A program made the translations under genes and the position numbers. The notes beneath the pieces were generated by a model. That model was given only the letters and a program-made list of their open reading frames with translations. It had not been told where the DNA came from and searched no databases. A stretch of 64,000 nucleotides of DNA from a virus, in the IMG/VR virus record IMGVR_UViG_3300042317_001497; one strand, 5' to 3'. Within the stretch, counting starts at the first letter, position 1. Each line of letters starts with the position of its first letter. Below, one piece after another: positions 1-11,100 of this stretch.

Positions 1-1
1 C

Positions 2-466
2 CACAGGCTGGCCTTTTATTTAAAAGACGGCTCTGTTCCCGAAGAATCTAAATACAGGTCTGTAAGTGGTGCTGCTGACGTTTACTGGGGAAATTGTGAT
101 AAGATCTATCGTAATCATCCAGTTGCCGTGGCCGAAACCAGAGCAGAGGGCAGAGCTTTGCGTAGAGGTCTAAAACTAAGAAAAGTAGTAGCGGCAGAAG
201 AGGTTGCCAAGGATATTGAGGACCATCCAGATGAAAGTACAGTCTCTAAGATTACAAATAATCAAATTAATTTTATTGACGTAATGGCAAAAAGACTTAA
301 TATAAATGTTAGCAAGTTATTGGAAACTAACAACTTGGAACATAAAAACATATATTTGCTGGGACATGAGGATGCTGTTTCTATCGTGAGACTACTATCC
401 AAATTCCAACAAAATATTAGTGATATACCACCAGAAACCCTAGGCTATAATACTGAATGGAAGTGA
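2..466 (+). CDS. 5'-truncated gene, possible single-strand annealing recombinase (Rad52/Sak/ERF-like)
   Basis: The frame is open from position 2 (HRLAFYLK...GAADVYWGNCDKIYRNHPVAVAETRAEGRALRR), so the true start lies left of the window. AETRAEGRALRR resembles the conserved A-x-T-x-A-x-x-R-A helix of phage annealing proteins. Confidence 0.5.
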   Translation, partial: HRLAFYLKDGSVPEESKYRSVSGAADVYWGNCDKIYRNHPVAVAETRAEGRALRRGLKLRKVVAAEEVAKDIEDHPDESTVSKITNNQINFIDVMAKRLNINVSKLLETNNLEHKNIYLLGHEDAVSIVRLLSKFQQNISDIPPETLGYNTEWK

Positions 467-470
467 TACA

Positions 471-797
471 ATGAAAGTAAATTATAAAGCAAATGATAAG
501 CTAGAATTTGAGCTAGAAGGATCAGGACAAAAGGAAATTTTTAAAGAACTAGCCTTGATACAAGAAATATTTAGTGAAACTAAGTGTGGCTTGTGTGGTA
601 GTACTAATATACGTTTTATAGTAAGAAATGTAGACGGTAATGACTACTACGAACTTAAGTGCAACGATTGCGGAGCTGTTCTGGCATTTGGTCAACACAA
701 AAAGGGTGGAACCTTATTCCCAAAAAGAAAAGATGATGACGGTAATTATTTGCCAAATAAAGGATGGTATAAATATCAGTCGAATAAAAAAGACTAA
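471..797 (+). CDS. Zinc-ribbon hypothetical protein
   Basis: 108 aa ORF 4 nt after the upstream stop; CGLC...CNDC pairs. Confidence 0.8.
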   Translation: MKVNYKANDKLEFELEGSGQKEIFKELALIQEIFSETKCGLCGSTNIRFIVRNVDGNDYYELKCNDCGAVLAFGQHKKGGTLFPKRKDDDGNYLPNKGWYKYQSNKKD

Positions 798-1160
798 TTA
801 CCATTTTTCTATCGGACAAGTACTATCTTTTTGAGTTAATTTGCCAGCAAATACTGTAGTATTCATAAGTATACATCCACATTTTGAACAGGTATTATTA
901 CTGTAAAACTCACAACTCTTACAGATACCCAATCTGCGAGATACCTCTGTATCTTCGCATAAAATAACATTATCGACTGTGGATGATGCTAGGTCTTTTA
1001 TCTCTTCAATTTTTTGTTCTATGAATAGAGACGAGCACGGGAATATAGGAGGTTCCGTATTCTGATCACTAATAGTTATTTTCATTTTGCATTTAGAGCA
1101 TATATAATTATTATTTCCTAAATATATATAATCACAAAAAATATTATTTATCTTGGTCAT
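798..1160 (-). CDS. Small Cys-rich protein (DUF6171-like C-terminus)
   Basis: C-terminal RLGICKSC-x6-CSKCGC-x17-CPIEKW pattern plus an N-terminal CxxC. The ATG at 1160 is preferred over 1181 because it overlaps the upstream gene less. Confidence 0.7.
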   Translation of the reverse strand: MTKINNIFCDYIYLGNNNYICSKCKMKITISDQNTEPPIFPCSSLFIEQKIEEIKDLASSTVDNVILCEDTEVSRRLGICKSCEFYSNNTCSKCGCILMNTTVFAGKLTQKDSTCPIEKW

Positions 1161-4100
1161 ATTCGTATGGTATCCATTCAAAGGGTTCGAGATTATTAAA
1201 CTGATTACTATTCTTATTCTCTATACCGTCTACACTACCAAAAAATGCTCGAAAGATCATCTCATTTTGTAATTTATAATAGTCTGGTATCTCTATAGAA
1301 GAACCTGTTTCTGAATCAACAGAATGCCACGCAACAAAATAGTTGTTAACTTCGGCACCAGAATTAACTCCAGATCTATAGTAGCTACCATCAGTACCAG
1401 GAATCATATTGCTATTATGCTGATCTATATTTCTTAATTTTCTTGGTATATTTCTAAATTGAACATAAAGCCTTTCTGTACTATCCAAGTTAAAAATATC
1501 TTGAACTTTATTCTTAACATTTCCATCTGGTTCTAAATTACTCTGATTAATTAGTTCTCTTGATGGCATCCAATATTTTTCATATGCTATTACTACTACA
1601 TCTCTGTTTGTGGAGGCACCGCCTACGTTATCTGCATTTAAAGCAAAAGTTCTTGTTGGACCCCCTGCTTTGGGACCGGACATGGTAATTTCTTCCCAAG
1701 AAGTTATCGAAGGATATTGTTGTTTTTGTGCATCTACAATATCTTTTGGTACAGTATATGTGAAGGTGGTGACTTTATTATCAAACTGCATATCTTTGCC
1801 TAAACCAGGAGGAAAAGATGGTGTCTCCGTCGCACAAACATGCTGAAAATTTACTGCCGCGATAGGAATTTGACCAAGTCCTCCGGCTGCGGTTTTTATG
1901 GTAGACACACACTCATATTCTATTTTACTTAAAATTTTTATCGTAGCGTCTCTTGCTAAAGAACATCCCTGATGAGGATCTATATTAATCCAGTAATTAT
2001 CATCATTTGTTTTATTTTTTATTATAACCGCTCCATATTCATCCAGAGTTATCTCTATAGTTTCATATGGTAATACTCCGTTTAGTGGCAAGGGTTCATA
2101 TGAAACAAGGTTGACTGATGCTGTTGGAGTTGGTGTTGGTGCTAGGGTTGATCCTGTGGTGGTTGGTGTCGGGGTCTTTGTATCCTTTGTAATTTTTTTA
2201 GCATAAGTGTTTAGTGTTTGAATTATCTTATTTTTTTCATTATATAAAGTATTTAATTTATTTTTAATTATTTTTTGTGGACATTCGGTTCTACCAGAAT
2301 TGGTATAGCACTCGGGAAGATCAGGTTCAAGTTTTTTAGATAAAGATATAAGATCAGGAATACTTAGAGTATTAATTTTATCTATAGTAATATTTTCTTC
2401 ATTAGATGATACCAGATCCAAATCCGACAGCCTACCTGTTAAAATGTCGATGTCTGATTTTGTTATTGCATTTATAGGAGTTTCAACTATATAGTCATTT
2501 TCAATTTCTATATCTCCATAATCTATAGTTGTAATAGAAGTATTGCCTTCTGCATCTGGTTCAGAAGTTTTTTCAAAAAACGATTTGGTAAATTGATCGC
2601 TTTTTAAGTCAATAAAAATAAAATTTTGTTGATTTTTAAAAGTAGTTTGATTTAGAATAATTTTATTAATTTCTTTAATAAGTAATTCTTTAGCAGTATC
2701 ATTTGTGTCGTTGGATACTAATTTAAAATTATTATGTATAAAATACGATAAATCTTCCATAGAGTATGCTTTACCAGAAATTTTAGCTCCGGTCAGAATC
2801 TTTTTTTTATCTCCAAGAGTAAAAGTTATTTTATTATATTTATATTTATCGTTTTCATGATTATTGAAAATATCATAAATATTATCCAAATGATTATATT
2901 TTTCTACGCTACTAAGAATATTTGGTCTTAGAAAACTAGAGCCAGTACCATACGACCCTTCTCCTAATAGTGAAAAAAACTGATCTGGCACTATTCTTGT
3001 CTGATTATTAACTACAGATTTTTCTAAACCCCATCTATTAAATGGTAAATTTTCTGTAGAAATAGTCTTTTCTGGTTTATATACTAATAATACATCCGAC
3101 TGGAAAGTGTTAAAAGCTATGACCCCAGAGGACGGAACGACTACACTATTTGTTGATGAAAGTGTTAATATTGTATATAATAAATTATTTTTTATAATAG
3201 TTCCTGTATTTTTTATCTTATATGTGTCTTTGTTTATAGAAACTGTATTATTCTTATTAAAAAAATGATACGCTCTTGATCCTTGTATTAGTACAGAAAA
3301 AACTTTTGATTCAGATGTTCCTAGATCCGGAGTGGCAAGAGTATTTAAATCTAAATCTATAATATTATAATCTATTAAATTTTTTATTAATAATGCTTTA
3401 GTAATTTTTTCCCAACTATTTTTAGATATAAAATAAAAACCATTATTAGCAGTATTAGACAAACCCCCAACAGGGGCATTGATCTCAACTATATCTCCTT
3501 CTCTAAGCTCATCAGTTTCTCCAGACATTTTTTCATCGGTAGTTAGAGTTGTTTTTATATCCAAAATATCTCTCAGAGAAGATATTGTTGTAAAATCAAA
3601 AGTAGACAAACCTTCGCATATGTCTTTGTGTAGTCGAATAAATTTATATTTATTATTATTTAATATGGGGGTATTCGTATATTTAAAGATACTGGCTTCT
3701 AATTTATACCATATTAGTTTGTCTTTACTAATATTGAGTAAAACTTTTTCTGGATTACCAAAACCCCAAGTATCATAATCTCCTTTATTAACAAGATATG
3801 CTAAACTATTTAATAGCTCCGTATTTCTTATATCACTAAGATAAGAAAGGATCTCATTATATCCTGCTGACATATCTGTACCCAGAGATCCTAACAATCC
3901 CATTAAACCACCGCCAGCCCCTCCTATGAGTAGTCCAGGCCCCGCTAGTATTTGTAGTATAGCATGGCTAGGGAATTCTGGTGGTCTTAGAAAACTAGTT
4001 CTAGTTATTATTGGGTCATCATATACACATAAATTAATATTGTTGAAATAGTTGTTTGGAGCATTGAGATTTACTGGAGGAATAAGATACTTCTTATCTT

Positions 4101-7100
4101 CAAAACTTGCAATAAAATTATATCCCGGTATTTTAGGAGAATTATCATAGTCTATTAATCCTAAAGCGTCTTTATCTATAAATTTAGGAGAGCTACTGGT
4201 GTGTAATATCAATTCCCAGCTACACAAAGAATTGTTTAATTGTGAAGACTGGCGAATTTCTTCTGTATTTTTATAATGACTCAAAATATCGTTATTAGAC
4301 AAGTTATCATACAGCCTCATCTCGTCTGTATCTTCAACGACTGCTACTTTAAGTGTGAATTTTGTAGCTCCATATGGCAGAGCATCTGTGTCTTGAAATA
4401 ATGGTAGTTCTTTAAATTGAGCAAATTTATTGTAATATAAATTAATATGATTATTTAATAAAATTTGTTTATGTTTAAAACTGTCTATGTCATTAAATCC
4501 AGGAGCTGTTATAGTCGGTTGGATATGTAATTCGTTACTTACAACATTTTGTGTCTTATTAATATTTTGAACTAAATTATGGTTTGTTAATACATTTATA
4601 TACGGAGCCCTATCAGAAAATTTTAGAGAAACATTATATTGATTATGTGATATATGGTCTTGATTTAATAAATATAGTTTTATTTTCACAGCTGGTGGAG
4701 TCTCGTCGTCTTCTAATGTCGGACATACAGTTTCTGGTTTATTCATATTATATATAGCTTCCAAATACCTATAAGTATCTTCTGGCAAACTATTTTTTAA
4801 AGAGTCTAAACCTAATTCATTATTATATAAATAATCATCTGCATTTATTTTATTTCTCCTACTAGCACAAAATATTTTAGCTGCTTCTGGAGCAAGATCT
4901 GCTTCTAACCAAACTATTAAATTTTTAGTATTAACATAATTTAAAAAATTTAGTTTAACTTCTATGTCTTCAATTTTTAAATTATTTATTTCACTAGATT
5001 GTAATACTCTAGGATAGTCTCTGGGAATTTTTTTAGGAAGTCTTGAGCCTCTCACAGTAAAGAAATAATCTACTGAAACTTCACTACCTATATTGGTAGA
5101 GATACTACTATTGTTAATGATAGGACAAGCAGGATCCACTAAGCTTTTATTTTCATCGTATATAAATTCATCAAAAAAAACATTTTGACTATTGCCATTG
5201 TTTAAATTTCTTATGCCTAGATGGGTATTAAGGTCTTGTATTTCTTTCTGTTCGTCTTTGTCTTGTTTTGCTTCCATTTGTTCAGCATCCGGTTCTCCAA
5301 CAGATTTTTCTGGTAATATTTCTTTAGTAATTCCTAAATTAATAGAACTAGAATAAATATTAGGAACATTAATTTCATCTATATAAAGAGATTCTAAATT
5401 AGTAAATCCAGAGCCTTTAAAAGTAAAAGTTTTTCTATGTGCTGTATTAAATTTCAATGAACTAGTTTTATTCTTAATAGTATCATACTCTTTTTGATCT
5501 ATACCAGAATACTTTTGCAAAACGCTATTAGTGGTGGCAGGATCAATAATCCATCCAGAATTAGGATGAAAAACACCTTTATGAAACTCTGATATATATT
5601 CAGAATCAGCTGAATAATTTATAGGTTGAAGATAGCATAAATGTTTTGTTTTTCCATTTCTTTCAGGAACTGTCATAGGATTACCAGTCACCAAGGGTAA
5701 AGCAACTCCTGGTGCTGGATGATTAGGCAAATTTATACCCAATTTATCTATAATTTCATTAGGATATCCGCCGTATGATAGAATATCCGGAGCATACTTA
5801 TTAGATACTTTTGGATAATCAAACTTCTCTTGACCAACTCGTCCTTGATTATTATATGTATTTAAATAAAAGTAGTCAGGATAAAAAAGTTCTCTATGAT
5901 AGTCAGCGGAATCTTTATCTTTAGCAAAAAGATTTTCGTAAAAGCTTTTACACTGAGCACAGTCTGGACAATCTTTACTATCCCTCATATTCTCTAGTAT
6001 AATCTGTCTAATTTGTATTTTAGTATTATTTGGAGTATATCCTAATACTAGATCGGCATCTTTTTGTTGTACTGACTGTACGTCAAAAGCAAAACGAAAT
6101 TTACCTTCTAGTCTTGATGATTTAAAATCGCCAGCTTCATATATATATGAGTTACTTTTTAGAGGCCAAAATAATCCATATTTACTAATAGCTATTTGAG
6201 ATAATGATGGACACATTATGTTCAAATTATCAGATGATAATCTAATAGGCTCCCTAGGAAAAATAACAGGCTGATTAATAATAGATGGTTGATTTTGAAT
6301 AGTAGTAGGAGTATCAACAACATTAATTGTTACAAAATCTTGCACAGATCCATTTTCTGTAGTAACCAAACAACTAATAACATATTTACCAATACCATAG
6401 ATATAGACTGTAGGTTGAAAGTATGTTGAATTTTTTAATCTATATACTCTGTTTTTGTCTTTATTAAAGTCGCTAAATCTCAAACATTTTCCAGATACTT
6501 GGTTCCATAGAAAAGAAGAATTTGGTATACCCGTTGTCACTCTGTCTAAATTTATCTCTATTTCTTTACCTTCTTTGTATGTTTTTTTATCTACCTGATA
6601 AAGAATATCCGGCCCTGCTGTAAAAATACTATTGTTAGTATTGGTATCTTTCTTTTTAGCTATATCATATAGAGGTATTGTTTTATTCTTATTTAGTATA
6701 ATTTTACTATCTTGACTATTGATAGTAGTAGCAATAGATATATTTCCTACCGTAAAAGATTGATTGTTAAAAACGTCTATATTTTCTAAGGTTTTATCAC
6801 ACACGTTTTGTAGATTTTGGTTAATAAAAACATGAGGGCCATTTTCGAGCTTATTCTTATAAGTTAGATTAGTATCAGCCTCAATAGAGAGATAACCACT
6901 ATATTTATTTGTGATTTTTCTGAATAAAGCTTCGCTAGATGTTATATAATTATCTGATAAATTACTTTTCGCAAGTCCGAAAGATAGGTCTTTTATAGCA
7001 GTAAAAATAATTTTACAAACATCTTTTAATGCAGATATTTCATTGTCTGTATCAGACAAAGAAGTATTTAAAAAAATAGCTACTGCTGATTGAATCTCTT

Positions 7101-8121
7101 CTTTTAATAGGTAGCTATGTGTGGTCCTATCCATCATAGGAGAGGTTGACAATATCTGACATAATTTTTTAAGAAGCCTTGCTTTTCTTAGATTTAAACC
7201 AGATCCCATACCTTTAATGTTTTTGATAGATAATAAATTATATATTTCCCTATAGTTATTATATAAACATGGCGACAGATAAGAGTTAGAAGCACTCGGG
7301 CTTTGTATAGAATATGAAGTATTTTTATCTTTAACATTATTAAAATAAGAAAACTGCTCTCCATTACTTATCCAAAGCTCAGTATACTTACTATTATTAT
7401 TTAAATTATATTTATCTAAATATTTACTAAAAACTGTGGATGTGGATTTTAGATTTTTAATCAAAATTGCAGTATTAGAACTATTCTTGGGATGAAAGTA
7501 ATATGTACTACGCTCCTGTGTAGATGATAATTCGCTATAGTCTACTCGACTTCTATTAGTAGAGATAAGGGTATCTTGATTATATTTTACCACTATAGAG
7601 TTTGTCTCAAGATAATCAGAACTAACAACTCTTAATATTGTACCATTTGGTACTTTAGGTAGGTTTTCTAACGAAATATTATCCTCTTTATCACTATTCC
7701 TATACCAACATAATAAGCCATATACTACATCAAATGGCACTATAGACGAATTTATGATCCAGTCATATTTAATTAATGTATTAGGATTGGACACTTTCCA
7801 AGTATTAAAAGAGGGAACAAATGATAGAAAATTTTCAATACCATATCTTTTATGTCTAAAAGAGGAATTTCTACCTAAAATTTTATTACTAACATGAGCA
7901 TCATCCTTGATAAATACAGGAAGCCAAATATCTAAATCTGTAGTATTATCTAGCAAAGTATTTAAAATATCATATTTAAGAAAAATTTCATTTTCGGTAT
8001 TACTCTCCTCATATTTAATTTTTATAGAGCTAGACGTTTCTATTAAACTATAAGGAGATAAATCATTTGCTAGAACACTATTATTTATAGTGCATTTTTT
8101 AAGATTATCTTTTAGGTACAT
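1144..8121 (-). CDS. Giant virion/tail-tip protein with PKD-like and proprotein-convertase P-like domains
   Basis: 2325 aa ORF at the end of the tail operon. PKD/K319L-like segment (AGPD...FLWNQVSG...GKYVISCLVT...DFVTINV, ~6310-6625), P-domain-like segment (KIEDIEVKLNF...FTLKV...SWELIL, ~4200-4985) and a Thr/Pro linker. Confidence 0.7.
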   Translation of the reverse strand: MYLKDNLKKCTINNSVLANDLSPYSLIETSSSIKIKYEESNTENEIFLKYDILNTLLDNTTDLDIWLPVFIKDDAHVSNKILGRNSSFRHKRYGIENFLSFVPSFNTWKVSNPNTLIKYDWIINSSIVPFDVVYGLLCWYRNSDKEDNISLENLPKVPNGTILRVVSSDYLETNSIVVKYNQDTLISTNRSRVDYSELSSTQERSTYYFHPKNSSNTAILIKNLKSTSTVFSKYLDKYNLNNNSKYTELWISNGEQFSYFNNVKDKNTSYSIQSPSASNSYLSPCLYNNYREIYNLLSIKNIKGMGSGLNLRKARLLKKLCQILSTSPMMDRTTHSYLLKEEIQSAVAIFLNTSLSDTDNEISALKDVCKIIFTAIKDLSFGLAKSNLSDNYITSSEALFRKITNKYSGYLSIEADTNLTYKNKLENGPHVFINQNLQNVCDKTLENIDVFNNQSFTVGNISIATTINSQDSKIILNKNKTIPLYDIAKKKDTNTNNSIFTAGPDILYQVDKKTYKEGKEIEINLDRVTTGIPNSSFLWNQVSGKCLRFSDFNKDKNRVYRLKNSTYFQPTVYIYGIGKYVISCLVTTENGSVQDFVTINVVDTPTTIQNQPSIINQPVIFPREPIRLSSDNLNIMCPSLSQIAISKYGLFWPLKSNSYIYEAGDFKSSRLEGKFRFAFDVQSVQQKDADLVLGYTPNNTKIQIRQIILENMRDSKDCPDCAQCKSFYENLFAKDKDSADYHRELFYPDYFYLNTYNNQGRVGQEKFDYPKVSNKYAPDILSYGGYPNEIIDKLGINLPNHPAPGVALPLVTGNPMTVPERNGKTKHLCYLQPINYSADSEYISEFHKGVFHPNSGWIIDPATTNSVLQKYSGIDQKEYDTIKNKTSSLKFNTAHRKTFTFKGSGFTNLESLYIDEINVPNIYSSSINLGITKEILPEKSVGEPDAEQMEAKQDKDEQKEIQDLNTHLGIRNLNNGNSQNVFFDEFIYDENKSLVDPACPIINNSSISTNIGSEVSVDYFFTVRGSRLPKKIPRDYPRVLQSSEINNLKIEDIEVKLNFLNYVNTKNLIVWLEADLAPEAAKIFCASRRNKINADDYLYNNELGLDSLKNSLPEDTYRYLEAIYNMNKPETVCPTLEDDETPPAVKIKLYLLNQDHISHNQYNVSLKFSDRAPYINVLTNHNLVQNINKTQNVVSNELHIQPTITAPGFNDIDSFKHKQILLNNHINLYYNKFAQFKELPLFQDTDALPYGATKFTLKVAVVEDTDEMRLYDNLSNNDILSHYKNTEEIRQSSQLNNSLCSWELILHTSSSPKFIDKDALGLIDYDNSPKIPGYNFIASFEDKKYLIPPVNLNAPNNYFNNINLCVYDDPIITRTSFLRPPEFPSHAILQILAGPGLLIGGAGGGLMGLLGSLGTDMSAGYNEILSYLSDIRNTELLNSLAYLVNKGDYDTWGFGNPEKVLLNISKDKLIWYKLEASIFKYTNTPILNNNKYKFIRLHKDICEGLSTFDFTTISSLRDILDIKTTLTTDEKMSGETDELREGDIVEINAPVGGLSNTANNGFYFISKNSWEKITKALLIKNLIDYNIIDLDLNTLATPDLGTSESKVFSVLIQGSRAYHFFNKNNTVSINKDTYKIKNTGTIIKNNLLYTILTLSSTNSVVVPSSGVIAFNTFQSDVLLVYKPEKTISTENLPFNRWGLEKSVVNNQTRIVPDQFFSLLGEGSYGTGSSFLRPNILSSVEKYNHLDNIYDIFNNHENDKYKYNKITFTLGDKKKILTGAKISGKAYSMEDLSYFIHNNFKLVSNDTNDTAKELLIKEINKIILNQTTFKNQQNFIFIDLKSDQFTKSFFEKTSEPDAEGNTSITTIDYGDIEIENDYIVETPINAITKSDIDILTGRLSDLDLVSSNEENITIDKINTLSIPDLISLSKKLEPDLPECYTNSGRTECPQKIIKNKLNTLYNEKNKIIQTLNTYAKKITKDTKTPTPTTTGSTLAPTPTPTASVNLVSYEPLPLNGVLPYETIEITLDEYGAVIIKNKTNDDNYWINIDPHQGCSLARDATIKILSKIEYECVSTIKTAAGGLGQIPIAAVNFQHVCATETPSFPPGLGKDMQFDNKVTTFTYTVPKDIVDAQKQQYPSITSWEEITMSGPKAGGPTRTFALNADNVGGASTNRDVVVIAYEKYWMPSRELINQSNLEPDGNVKNKVQDIFNLDSTERLYVQFRNIPRKLRNIDQHNSNMIPGTDGSYYRSGVNSGAEVNNYFVAWHSVDSETGSSIEIPDYYKLQNEMIFRAFFGSVDGIENKNSNQFNNLEPFEWIPYEYDQDK

Positions 8122-8127
8122 AATATA

Positions 8128-11100
8128 TTATTGCTCAACAGCGGTTATAGTCCAGTTACCATCCATAAAAGTAAACATTCCTTTTTTATCCTTTACTACT
8201 GTGTAATTAAAAGGATTACTAAAAGAAACCAACATTGTTGGTATTTCTCCTGCTTTTTTACCAGCAGCATAAGCCATTTGTATTACTGCTTTATTGCCAT
8301 TATCAATAATTCCTTTACAAATAAAAGAGGGCTTAGTAATCGGCTCATAGAAACCAGTGTCTGTATCATATCGACAGAGAAGTTTACACCCTCTAGGAGC
8401 TGTATATCCCGCTCTATCTTTAACATATACTAATCTTCTTTGTCCATTAGGTAAAGGTTCTGATGAATATTCTAAATCATCTAGAAACCCTCTTGCTACA
8501 TAGGTTTCATCATAGTTATATTCTTTAACTAAATCCTCTTCCAAAACCACATAAACCATTTTATAAATACTAGCTTGATCACTAGTAGTAGACCACACCC
8601 TTTTTTCTTCATCCCATCTTAAATCTATTGGTCCTACTGGCCATAAATCTGGCCTTTCCGCCCAGTTTAAATAAAACTGCTTTAGTTTTTTCTTTGATGT
8701 CCATTTACCCTCCTTAAATTCTTGTGTTTTACCAATGATATCTCCTAATATTGAGTTTTGAACCTGTAGAAAACCACCTGTCTCATCTGATAAATCATTA
8801 GTATATTCAACTTTAAAAACATCTCTATCATCAGCTATACTAGTGAAATCATCTAATAATAAAGATGGAGATTTAATAAGATCAATAGTATCTGTCTTAT
8901 TTAATACAAATAGATCTCCGTTTTTTAGTTTTGAATATTTTGTGGAACTGGTAGATACTGATCTAGTTAATTTAAATCTTTTAGGATTACCAAATTCATC
9001 AACCTCTTTCGGTTCATCAGCAGCATTGGGAATAGGATATCCCTCCTTATCATAACCCCATCCGTGGAGCATTATGGGTCCTCTAAGACCCAAAAATCTT
9101 TGATTATTTAAAAACTGGGGATTATCCTTATTCAAAATATCTTTTTGATAGTAATCGGCATTAAATCCTAAGCCACGTTCTGTTTGTTCTTTATTTGTTG
9201 CTGGATCTATATATTTTAATAAATTTTGAGATATTTCTAAAGACTGATTTTTTTTAGGAGCCACGGTTCCTTTAGCAACAACTCGTATGCTGTGCCGACA
9301 TCTGTCTACATATGTTCCATTGTTTTGTACATTAGGATTTCTAAACTCACCATAAGGAACAACGATTGGTTGTAAACTATATAAATTAACCGGTATTTCC
9401 TCTGAAGACGAAGAAGAGTCTGAACTACTAGCAGCTGAAGTTGATGAGGAGCTGCTAATAGCTGTATTAAAATTAATTAAAGTATCAATATCATTAGTAT
9501 CAGTAATAATATAAGGAGGTAATGTTTCTATACTGGATGATGTTTTGGTTGTTTTAGAAGAATACGATATGATTTTTCTTTTATTGGCGCAATAAGAACA
9601 ATAGAATGTTCCAGTAGCGTTTTGTCCTTGCTTATTAACATATGTGTCAGATATTGATTTTGTACCCTTACAATATGGACATGATGATGATGTATATGGA
9701 ACTAAAGGATATGTAGTATTAAAAAGCGTCGGATAAAAAGATACGGGGGAAAATAAACCATCTAAACTCATTAATGATTTATTAGCGTACTCAGCATTCA
9801 TCTCTACCGCGATTTCTTTTGTTGGATATATACCAACAAAGGTATTATACCTTAAGTTTTTTTTATTCTGATTGATACCATTAGAATCACCGGTTATACT
9901 GTCATTTTTCGAAGAGCCATCCCCCAAGTCTCTGCCATAAGGCAAACTCATTATATTATTGATTTCCTCCTCAAGTTGTTCTATTTTTTCTTGTATTTGT
10001 TTTTTTAGTTGATCATTATTCGTATTTTCTTCGGTGTTTTCAAGATTTTCTAAATTCTGCCGTAAATAACTTAATCTTTTTACATTAAATAATTTATCAT
10101 TAGGTAAAAATGGTCTTGCCACACCACACATTACTTCTACGGGACTAGTAGCATAAAATTTAGAAGTTACTTCCCTAGCGCCTAATTTTCTATTATCGCC
10201 AATATCATTTAATCTTCTTTGTTTTTCATTATTAACTCTACTAATAATACTACCAGACATTGATGCAAATTGTTTATTTCTTTTAATTCCCATCAAAGCA
10301 TTTTGTTTTAATCTATCACCGGTTTCCTTATTAAAAAATCCTAATTTTCTAATATATGTTCTAAAACCATAAGTTGTTGTGATAGATCCTCCTACACTTA
10401 CCTGAATGCTACTAATCAAAGGAGCAATAGGATTAGGATTTATTGATGATAGCTTTATAGTCTCATATGTAATAGGTGAACTTGTAGTAGAACTATTACT
10501 ATAGTCAAAACCCACAAGAACTTGTCCCGCTAACGGAGCATTAGGAACAGGATTTGAATTTGAAGTATTATATTTCACATCTGTATAGTTTAAAGTATCA
10601 ATTTCTACATTATATAATTGATTATTAAATTTAATTTGATTATTTCCTTGAACAGATGGGGTAAAATAGGTAAATCTAGAACCCAAACCAAAAATAGGCA
10701 AGCCAGGCATATCTATCTGTGCTGTTTCAAGAACTTGTTGGTAATTAACATTATTTTGTATTTCTGAAATCACTCTTTGATCTAAGAAACTCATTCCTCC
10801 ATAATTCCACGGAGCAAAATCTTGGTTTTGATCTATTTTTACTCCTCCTATAAGATTCTCTATAGCTTCATTAGGATTACTAGCATCTGGAAATATATCT
10901 GATGCTATAAGATTAGGATAATTAGTCCATGGACCATAGCAAAACTGATTACTCTTAATGGGTATTCCAGCAAAAAAAGGATGCGCCATTTTTGGAGCTA
11001 TTGTCATATATTTAGGACTATTATTTCCCATATTATTTCCTAACAATAAAGCATTATTTCCAATCATAGGAGAAATAAAACTCATCATATATCCTACAAA

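Noticed and set aside
640-834. 64-aa + strand ORF overlapping 471-797
   Set aside because: It lies in an alternative frame of a better-supported gene and overlaps the convergent gene; no RBS.
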